A stretch of DNA of 59,935 bases, counting the filler, from Circinaria calcarea (Eukaryota): NCBI GenBank assembly GCA_051942165.1. It is 12 parts of 12 records of this genome, joined end to end, with 100 filler letters (N's around TTAATTAATTAA, not from the genome) between each part and the next. Parts side by side here need not be neighbours in the genome. Positions count along the whole stretch, not along the records: positions 50,046 to 54,940 come from JAVECS010002133.1; positions 55,041 to 59,935 come from JAVECS010002134.1; 10 more parts are not named here. One strand, 5' to 3'. Below the pieces are notes generated by a model. That model was not told the origin of the DNA and ran no database searches. It saw only the letters and a list, made by a program, of their open reading frames with translations. Positions 51,028 to 59,935 of this stretch are shown piece by piece. A program made the translations under genes and the position numbers. Position 1 is the first letter of the stretch. Each line of letters begins with the position of its first letter.

Positions 51028-51905
51028 TCAACCTTTTGACCACTTAGATGGACGAGATTTTACAATCGAGCAACGAATCGACATCTGCATAAACGAGTTT
51101 GGCGATATAGTTGCCCAAGCGTCCATGATATTTACGGTCCTTAACACCTCTCGTTTGGCCACAGTGTTACCCAGAAGAGTGTCATACCAGACGAAGCAAA
51201 GGTTAAGATGTTTCACCAAGCTTTCCTTCTGGTTTCTCATGACCATGTTAACAGACCATGTGTTCGAATACGCTATTTCTCCTCTATCAAGGTCTAATAT
51301 GGTCATATTGAAGTCCTCGTCCAAAGTAGAAAGCTTCAGTCGGCAAATCACTTCAGTGGGAGCTCGAAACCGTTGGAAGCAGACTCGTTTCGTACACCAA
51401 TGTAGACGCTATCCGGAAGCACAAGACGAGGAGGGGGCGTTGGCCCTAGGATTAGGCGCAGATGTTTCAAGCAACAGAAGGCTTGCGGCGAAAAGCTTTT
51501 TAAGATCGGTATCACTTCCGACGGATAAGGCCGGACGACAAGATCAAAAGCGAAAACACCGCTTCCATATACGTGGGGGAGGCATTCGCTATAGATTTGT
51601 TGACAAACCCTCAGAATGCCGACGGGAGCTTGATCGCACAGTTTGTCGAGAGGGGCAAAAAGGAAGCGATACCAGCAATCACAAGCATAATGGCCTAAGA
51701 ATGAGCAGGGCCTGCACTATATATATTTCAGACCAGTTCTCGGTGCGTCTTCGACAAGGGCCTCTGTGACTGGACGCCTTCTCGTCCGGGTCAGGGGTAA
51801 ATCTTTCAGGTCGAAGATGTGGTGTCGTTGGAATCGCGGGAAAAGTAGATGATAGAGGTCTATTCGGATTTCATATGGAAATTGTAGAAACCGAAGGACG
51901 TCCAT
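51028..51905 (-). pseudogene. F-box-like hypothetical gene with an in-frame stop (putative pseudogene)
   Basis: FLQFPYEIRIDLYHLLF, then TAG at 51719-51717, after which the same frame continues to GILRVCQQIYSECLPHVYGSGVFAF. The downstream part is in another frame. Confidence 0.55.
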
Positions 51906-52257
51906 AGTAAATATAAAAGGTCCCAAGTTACCTACCTTAGGAGGTATTTGTGGTAGTAACCAACTTGTGAACCCGATAGATCTACGAATGAAAGTTGGTG
52001 TAACTCGTACAAATCTTTTTATATCTTGAGACATGAGTTTGATCGAGACTGGAAGAGCAAATCGTGATAGATACCACGGGTTTGTCTGTGAGTTGTGATG
52101 AAAAGATCAGGTTAGACTACCAGTAGTCCCAATCGGATGTTCGGCCGAAAGACTCCGAGTATCCCCATCAGCCCTATTCATGCCCCAAACGTCTCTGTTT
52201 CTACTCTTCTGATATTCAGATATAGATTGCAGTTGATTGTCTCGTTGTCCTTCAATC

Positions 52258-53157
52258 ATGCACTCATCCGTTGTCCTCCTTTCGCTCATCGCTCTCATTA
52301 CGCCTCTCTCTGCCAGCTCCCTCCATCTTACCGTTCCCACAAGCAACCTAATCCCTACCCCCTCTACTCTTCCTCCATCCTCACATGCAACACTCACGAC
52401 CGCTAATCTCACTCTGACCGCGCCACTTCGACGTAATAATGTCTTCTCCTTCTCTAATCTTGCACGTGGCTCGTACCTATGCGACATCTACAGTCGAGAC
52501 CACGCGTTCGCACCATTCCGAGTAGATATAAATGCGCAAGGAGTGGTAGAGGTATGGCAAACTTTTAGGGGGAACGAATGGGACAACAGAGGAGAAAGAG
52601 TTGCCGCTGGCAAAGATGTCAGTATAGACGTTAAAGTTGTGGGGAAGAAGAATTTCTATGAAAGCAGGGGAGGCTGTAAGTGCTATCCTTTGATAATGGC
52701 AATGATCCAAAACAGCAGCGCTTTTCCTGTGCTTTTAGGCGCAGTTTACTGACAGAGGATTCGATCTTACAGTCTCCCCAATGAGCCTATTGCAAAATCC
52801 TATGATCTTGATTGCAGTCTTCGGAATGGCCATGATGGTCGGAATGCCTTATCTGATGGAGAATAGTAAGCTCCCTCTTTCCATGTCGAAGTATCATAAG
52901 AAACAAAAGGCTGATTAAGATAAAAAGTGGACCCCGAAACGAAAAAGGAGTTTATGGAACAGCAAAAGTCAAGCCCTCTGGCTGCAGTTACTTCCGGCGG
53001 GGGTCCCATGCAGGGTTTTGATATGGCGGCATGGATGGCAGGTAAGACGGCAAAGTCTAGTGGACCAGAAGACAATGGAGCGGCAGCAGTATCGTCAACA
53101 GGCAATAGTGGAGGAGGTGCAGGAGGGGGCAAGTCAAGGAATAGGAAGAGAGGTTGA
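52258..53157 (+). CDS. EMC7: ER membrane protein complex subunit 7-like protein; 2 introns
   Basis: Signal peptide, F.FSNL..GSYL.D, EVWQTFRGNEWDNRGE, FYESRGGFSPMSLLQNPMIL, MPYLMENMDPE and FDMAAWMAG. Confidence 0.85.
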
Positions 53158-53500
53158 AGCGTTTCCCGCCCTCGCCTTTAGCAATCACATCAGTTTCTAC
53201 ATCACCCTTCTTTTGACCGACCGGTCCTTTTAAGTGCCGTGATTACCTCCTTCATTAGCGTATGCTTTATGACATTCGTCTAAATGTCAAGAACACACAC
53301 CCAGTTATTCATTTTGTTGTCTTCCTTCAAACCAGAAAATCCATTCCAAGTTTGATCCTTATCATGTAACACCGTCAACACAAGTAAGTCCTCTACAGCC
53401 ATCCAAAGGTAACGGCCCCTCTCCTCATGTGCTTCTAGAAATTGAGGCTTAGGCTACACTCACACACGGGCGCTCCCACAAGATCAGGATCTCATGAACC

Positions 53501-54223
53501 ATGAGCCGCCTCCTAGCTTTACCCCCGGAGATCCGATGCATGATCTGGGAGTATTGTTTGGTCGTCGGTGAAATCAGCCCATTCCCAGAAGTCTACCAGA
53601 GGAACTGCGATGGACATCAAATCAAACGACGGCCCGATGTAGCCTTGCTCCGCACGCATACCAGCATCACGGAAGAAACTCGCCAGATCCTGTACGGGCA
53701 GAACCTGTTCGTCCTGTCTATGCGTGCCGGGAAGTGGTACTCGTACCCGGAACGCTCCGATTTCCTCCCCCAGCGCGTGAAACTGATTTTCGACTTCAGC
53801 GACCACTCCTCATACTGCCATGCTGACGCCTGGGCTCAAAAGAGGGGGCACAAGTTGCGCTACTTCCAGGCATCCACCCGGCTGGTCGGATGGTGGGACA
53901 AGCTCTGGCTCCTCCGTGGTGAGCGGCTCGCACACCTGACGCTGGACTTTGAGAATTGCGACTGCGAGCTGGGATGCTGTCGCCAGGTCGATCACGCCGC
54001 AAACTGGTTTGACTTCTGTTTCAACATGTTGGCTCTTGGGATAGATGGCATGCCGGAGCCGAGGGAAGTGGTGCTGACTGGGTTGAAAGATGAGGGGGAG
54101 AGGGCCATCATGGAGCGTTCGTTGTGGTCGGGGGAGAGAAATTTGAGATGGAGGCTTCTGCAGGAGAAGCCGCTGCTAGAATACGAAGAAGAAGCAGCAG
54201 CAGCAGCCCCGGAGGCGGAGTGA
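53501..54223 (+). CDS. Hypothetical protein with an F-box-like N-terminus
   Basis: LLALPPEIRCMIWEYCLV, ALLRT...ETRQILYGQNLF and LDFENCDCELGCCR; intronless, 240 aa. Confidence 0.7.
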   Translation: MSRLLALPPEIRCMIWEYCLVVGEISPFPEVYQRNCDGHQIKRRPDVALLRTHTSITEETRQILYGQNLFVLSMRAGKWYSYPERSDFLPQRVKLIFDFSDHSSYCHADAWAQKRGHKLRYFQASTRLVGWWDKLWLLRGERLAHLTLDFENCDCELGCCRQVDHAANWFDFCFNMLALGIDGMPEPREVVLTGLKDEGERAIMERSLWSGERNLRWRLLQEKPLLEYEEEAAAAAPEAE

Positions 54224-54328
54224 GAGTCGTTGTCAGTAGGAGAATCATCGTCAAAAGGAGAATCATCGTCAAAGGGAAAATCATCATCAGAGGGAAAATC
54301 ATCATCAAAAGGAGAATCATCGTCAAAG
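54221..54328. repeat. 18-bp tandem repeat (GGAGAATCATCGTCAAAA-like), about 6 units
   Basis: Five clear units at 54239-54328 plus a degenerate first unit starting at the TGA stop. Confidence 0.9.
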
Positions 54329-55040
54329 AGAGAACACACATTCTCAGAGAGAGATGCGCTCTTCAGAATGGCCTACCGCTAATTCGCGGGGTTCGGTAGC
54401 ACCAGAGTAAAGCCAGAGGCCATGAAAGGAATAGATATCACAACCATATTCGCTGCTTTCTCAAATCCCTAAACCTACCTACCCTATCCATCATTGATCC
54501 GATCTGATCTAACCTCCAAATCTCCGTTCCCCCCTTTTCTCCCAAATTTCTCAACACTCCCCCACCATCCCTCAAAACAAAACAAAACACCCCCCCGCGG
54601 TAACCCAATAAAAAAAAACCTAATTAAACACTTGGACCAGTCACCCCCTCCCTCCCCTCTCCTAGACAGAGTAACGCCTATTCCATAACCCGTAATTTTT
54701 TATAATAGAGACTTGATAAATTCTATATAGAGGAACCCCCAACCACCATCCACCCCATCTCTCACCTCCACGGTTATGGTTATGGTTATGGTTTAAATAA
54801 AATCCGAAACCTTTCTCAGCTTTCTGGCCCCAAAAAAAAATCAAAAAAAAATCGTTGTAATGTTTTCTCCAGGGGGCCAGCGCGGGGAATTGGTGATATG
54901 GATCCGTTTTGTATGGTGTTGGTTTGATTTTATTTGGGGGNNNNNNNNNNNNNNNNNNNNNNNNNNNNNNNNNNNNNNNNNNNNTTAATTAATTAANNNN
55001 NNNNNNNNNNNNNNNNNNNNNNNNNNNNNNNNNNNNNNNN

Positions 55041-55481
55041 CACAGAAAGATCGAGGATCCTATACTGCCCCACATCATATCGTTCCAGGCCCCGATATCA
55101 ATTAACCTATCCCAGCCGAGCCCGACATATGTGGAATAAACATGGCCCAAATCCGCGATAGCCACCGCGATTAGATAATTCCGAGCAACCTTCGGGTCAG
55201 TTGTGGCGTAGGAGCAGACGACCGCCAGCAGAGCGAGAAGGAGGTACACATTTCCAAGTTGAGCAGCAACAATGGTCACGCTGGGGTTGAGTGGCGGCGT
55301 CGGAACGTACGGAGCTTGGCGTTGAACAAAGTCGTGGAGATCGGTTAGGGTTATGATCCACGCCCAGATGCTACAGCCGTTATGTTAGTGGGCACTCTAG
55401 TAAGATCGGGAATGCCTACAGAGCAGCTGGCTCAATGACTCCGAACAAGATGGTTGGCCATGTGGGAAGTACGTTGGCCAT
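55041..55481 (-). CDS. Small conserved fungal multi-TM protein (DUF7704-like), one intron, 3' truncated
   Basis: MANVLPTWPTILFGVIEP...QLGNVYLLLALL...AIADLGHVY...WNDMMWG. Confidence 0.7.
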
Positions 55482-55885
55482 GGTTGAATTGAAGAATGGC
55501 GCAGTTAGAGTGGCAGGTCAATTGAGTCCCAAGTCGCTTTGTCCGCAGGCAGAACGTATGTTTTATCCCGCAGATTCTTGCTGTCGATAGGAACTACCTA
55601 ATCATGCTATGTAGTTTGATAACCATATCAGTCCGTGTTGCTAGTAGCTTCTTGTTTTTGCCTTTCTGTTTTAGCTCGTAATCAGTTCCGCTTCTTTATT
55701 AGAGGAAGAACAACAGTAAACAATAGAACAGGTTCAGCGGAGGCAGGGGAGAGACAGCGAATCCGTAGCTCGCGCAGGCCATCCATTCACTACGGCCGTG
55801 TCAGCGCTATCTCTGATTGGTAGGCCTTGAGGATAGGTACGCCTGTCGGAAGTTGGTTCACGAGAACCCTGACGTGAATCAATTA

Positions 55886-55891
55886 ACGCGT
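55886..55891. promoter_or_regulatory. MCB element (ACGCGT) upstream of MSH2; related GCGCGT at ~55916
   Basis: Exact MluI box about 240 nt upstream of the MSH2 ATG, next to TATAAAA. Confidence 0.5.
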
Positions 55892-56128
55892 CAAAACCTG
55901 TTAGCCCTATAAAAAGCGCGTTACCCTTGACAGCTTGCAGAAATAAGTACCGCCTGTACGAAGAATCGAGGTAATATCATTGTATGAATGCTTCTTGCTC
56001 AAGTATCTACCGGCCCCACTAACGAAGCTGACATCCTCAACTGCTGTTTTACTAGATGAGTACCTGAAAGATAATCATTGAGGAGTACCTTGTCTTCCCA
56101 CATTCACATTCAAATTCCTATCTGAAAT

Positions 56129-58990
56129 ATGTCTTCGCGACCCGAGCTGAAGGTAAGTCGGCCATATGAGGTCTTAATCGTCACTATTGCTCACTTTACG
56201 TCCAGGTCGACGATGAGGTTAGTTTCATCAAATTCTTCCGAGGACTCCCGGTCAAGGATGAAGAAACAATCCGGATATTCGACCGAGGTGACTGGTACAC
56301 CGCTCATGGTGAGGACGCATCTTTCATCGCACGGACGGTAAGAATCTGGCTTTTTGGTGGCTTGGAGATCTCCATTGACTGACGGCCCATATCAGGTATA
56401 CAAGACCACCTCTGTCTTACGCCAACTTGGCAAGTCTGATACAGGGCTATCCTCCGTGACCATGAGCATCACTGTCTTTCGAAATTTTCTTCGGGAGGCG
56501 CTATTTAGATTAGGGAAGAGGATCGAAATTTGGGGAAGCAGTGGACGTATGCAATGGAAGGTCACCAAGCAGGCCTCTCCGGGTAATCTACAGGACATCG
56601 AAGATGAGCTAGGTGGGCAATTGGAATCGGCGCCTATCATACTTGCCGTCAAAGTCACTGCGAAAGCTTCCGAAGCGCGAAACATCGGTGTCTGTTTCGC
56701 TGATGCAAGTGTTCGGGAGCTCGGGGTTAGCGAATTTCTTGACAATGATCTCTACTCAAACTTCGAATCACTCCTGATTCAACTAGGAGTTAAGGAATGC
56801 CTGATCCAAGCAGACAGTCAGAAAAAAGATGTGGAACTGGCTAAGCTACGGTCAATTGCTGATAGCTGTGGAGTGGCCGTTTCCGAGCGTCCCATGGGTG
56901 ACTTCGCAACCAAAGATATTGAACAAGATCTGGCAAGATTACTTCGTGATGAACGAGCCGCAGGGATTCTACCGCAGACCGATCTGAAGCTAGCTATGGG
57001 TTCTGCAGCTGCACTTATCAAGTATCTTGGTGTTCTGTCTGATCCATCCAACTTTGGGCAGTATCAGCTCTATCAGCATGATCTAGCCCAGTTTATGAAG
57101 CTGGATGCATCAGCGCTGAAAGCACTTAACCTCATGCCCGGACCACGAGACGGATCGAAGAATATGAGCTTATACGGTTTGTTAAATCACTGCAAGACAC
57201 CAGTAGGCAGTCGCCTGCTGGCTCAATGGCTCAAGCAACCACTCATGAGTCTAGAAGAGATTGAGCAACGACAGCAGCTTGTGGAGGCATTTATAATGGA
57301 TACAGAACTACGGCAGACCATGCAGGAAGAACACCTCCGTTCAATACCGGATTTATACAGGCTTGCTAAGCGATTCCAAAGAAAACAAGCAAATCTAGAA
57401 GATGTCGTGAGAGCATATCAAGTGGTCATTAGGATACCCGGCTTCATCGATACTTTGGAAAGCGTCATGGACGAACAGTACAAGGACCCTCTGGATGCCG
57501 AGTATACCTCGAAGTTGACGAATTACTCCAATAGTCTAGCGAGACTCCAGGAAATGGTGGAAACGGCAGTTGACCTTGATGCATTGGACCGTCACGAGTT
57601 TATAATCAAACCTGAGTACCATGATGACCTGCGAACCATTCGGAAGAGGCTGGATAAGCTAAGGTATGATATGAACGTGGAGCATACTAAGGTTGGCAAA
57701 GACCTAGGGCAAGACACCGAGAAGAAGCTGTTCCTTGAGAATCATAAGGTCCATGGTTGGTGCTTTCGCTTGACACGTACCGAAGCAGGTTGCATCCGCA
57801 ACAAGAAGCAGTACCAGGAATGCTCGACCCAAAAGAACGGGGTATACTTTACCACATCCAGTATGCAGACAATGAGACGAGAGTTTGATCAGTTGTCGGA
57901 GAATTACAATCGTACTCAAAGCGGTTTAGTTAGTGATGTCGTCAAAGTTGCAGCTTCATATTGCCCTGTCATTGAGCGATTAGCTGGAGTTCTTGCCCAT
58001 CTTGATGTTATCGTAAGTCTTGCCCACGTCTCCGTTCACGCTCCGACGTCTTATGTCCGGCCCAAAATGCACCCACGAGGAGAGGGCAATACTATCCTCA
58101 AAGAAGCCCGCCATCCCTGCATGGAGATGCAGGACGATATACAGTTCATTACCAACGATGTGTCTTTAATCCGTGGCAGCTCCGAATTTCTGATAATCAC
58201 TGGACCGAACATGGGAGGCAAATCAACCTATATTCGGCAGATAGGCGTCATCGCTCTAATGGCCCAAGTTGGGTGCTTCGTTCCATGTGCTGAGGCAGAA
58301 CTTACCTTGTTCGATTGCATTCTTGCTCGGGTGGGCGCTAGTGATTCCCAGCTCAAAGGCGTTTCCACATTTATGGCGGAAATGCTAGAAACAGCCAACA
58401 TCCTGAAATCAGCCACCTCGGAATCTCTTATTATTATTGACGAACTGGGTCGAGGCACGAGTACATACGACGGCTTTGGCCTGGCATGGGCGATATCAGA
58501 GCACATTGTGAAAGAGATCGGATGCTTCTCCATGTTTGCCACACATTTCCATGAACTCACTGCGCTCGTTAACGAGTACCCCCAAGTCCGGAACTTGCAT
58601 GTTGTTGCGCATATCGGGGATACCAATGGGAAAGACAAGAGAGAAGTGACGCTGCTGTACAAGGTCGACGAAGGCGTCTGCGACCAGAGCTTTGGAATCC
58701 ACGTCGCGGAGCTCGTGCGGTTCCCCCCGAAAGTGATCAACATGGCGAAGAGGAAAGCAGATGAACTGGAAGACTTTTCCACCAAGCATGATGAGATGGC
58801 CATCCAGCACTCGAAGCAAGACGTGGAGGAAGGGAGTGCGCTTCTGAAGGAAATGCTAGTCGAGTGGAAGAAAGAGACGGAAGGCCGGGACATGAGCAAG
58901 GAGGAGATGGTGGGCAAGATGAAGGAGCTTGTGATGGGGAACCAAAAACTGCTTGCCAATCCTTTTTTCCAATCCATCAAGGCCCTATGA
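56129..58990 (+). CDS. MSH2: DNA mismatch repair protein MSH2, 916 aa; exons 56129-56152, 56206-56337, 56396-58990
   Basis: FDRGDWYTAHGEDA, ASPGNLQDIE, ITGPNMGGKSTYIRQ, GVSTFMAEM, IIDELGRGTSTYDGFGLAW, FATHFHEL and SFGIHVA. Confidence 0.97.
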
Positions 58991-59686
58991 GTTGGGATTT
59001 ACGCCTTACCTACTCTACTCCTCTGGCATTTTTGGCAAATATGGCGCTTTAGCGTGCTGATGATTCGTGATACCCTTTTGGTGCTTGCCTTCTGAATCAG
59101 TCAAATCTAGCTGATAGATTAGCCGGCTCGCTTTAGTAACAATGAATCTAAACATGACAAACCCTTCAAATACATGACTCAAAAGACCCAATTCTAGTAT
59201 TCCATTTCTCATATCAGATTCGGGCAATTTACAATAACGAGAACGATAATCTCCATCAAGAAAAATTACAAGTCCACGATAGGAAACAAAGCTCTTAGGG
59301 CTCGCTTAAGGAAAACGTGAGGAGCGCTAGCGCCATAAACACGACTTAATCCTCACAACCCCCACACCCACTTATTCACACAACTTTCACCACACTCGAA
59401 CGATTACAAGACGTTGATTCCTCACTCCGAAGCTCTTCCAATCGACGGTTTCCAACCACCGCCAGTAACGAACTCCTGTGTGACTCTTATGTTCAAATAT
59501 CTCCCGAGAATCCAAAAAGACAAAACTCCAAAACATCTAAAAAAATGTAAACATCCACCTAACCGTCTAGTTGAAAACACCCCCCACCTCCCCAACCTAA
59601 CCATCACGCATCAGCAACTCCCATCCCCGTATCACACTATTCAGTTCAAAAAGGCCGCGCTCACCTCACACTTTCCAAAAAACAGG

Positions 59687-59868
59687 ATGCAGCGACCGAG
59701 CAGCCAGCGCAAAGACCAACCCACCCAAACCGCAACTCCGCCCCCCGAAACCGTGTCTTCCCTGCCCAAATCCGCCGTCGAAGCCCTCCTGCGTCAGGAA
59801 AAAGCAAAAGGCGCCCAGGTGACCTATTGGCGAGTCCCCGGCGGACCCATGAGGCGTATCACGCCGCA
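59687..59868 (+). CDS. Probable first exon of an unidentified gene
   Basis: ATG in AAACAGGATG context, open frame ending at a GTAAGA donor, with a CTGAC branch site near the window end. Confidence 0.35.
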
Positions 59869-59935
59869 GTAAGAAACTCCCCCGCCCCCTTCCTTCATAA
59901 CACCCCATCAAATTCCTCATAACTGACAGCACCTC

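Noticed and set aside
51125..51769. 214-aa plus-strand ORF
   Set aside because: Antisense to the F-box-like pseudogene, which carries the recognisable motifs.
4919..55040. Regularly spaced TTAATTAATTAA palindrome every ~5 kb, resembling a periodic array
   Set aside because: Artificial concatenation spacer inside N runs; it has no biological meaning.
1..59935. Apparent clustering of PARP, helicase, MSH2 and an NLR-like gene as a DNA-repair or defence locus
   Set aside because: They lie on different contigs ordered only by length, so adjacency is an artefact.

Overview
This window is eukaryotic and not contiguous. It holds 12 unrelated contigs of about 4.9 kb (4918 down to 4895 nt, in descending length order), joined by an artificial 100-nt spacer (44 N + TTAATTAATTAA + 44 N). 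Short GT-AG introns with CTRAC-type branch sites and the gene content point to a filamentous ascomycete (Pezizomycotina). Recognisable genes are PARP (BRCT+WGR, 5' part), Rho2 with a 6-nt micro-exon, a 3xKH RNA-binding protein, a PAS kinase (5' part), a PhoD-family phosphatase, a PTH11-like membrane protein, vacuolar alpha-mannosidase (3' part), an Opi1/ccg-8-like factor (3' part), GILT (5' part), EMC7 and a complete MSH2. Accessory features include an intronless Upf1/DNA2-like SF1 helicase of over 1150 aa with an unrecognised N-terminal half and a 38-bp repeat array at its start. They also include a spliced stand-alone retropepsin-like gene, a CxxC-repeat cell-surface protein, a HeLo/SesA-like N-terminus, F-box-like orphans, a pseudogenised multicopper oxidase, an acyltransferase-like gene cut off by RIP-like AT-rich DNA, and LTR-like relics. 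No multi-gene system can be inferred across spacers, and all family assignments come from motif recognition, not database searches.
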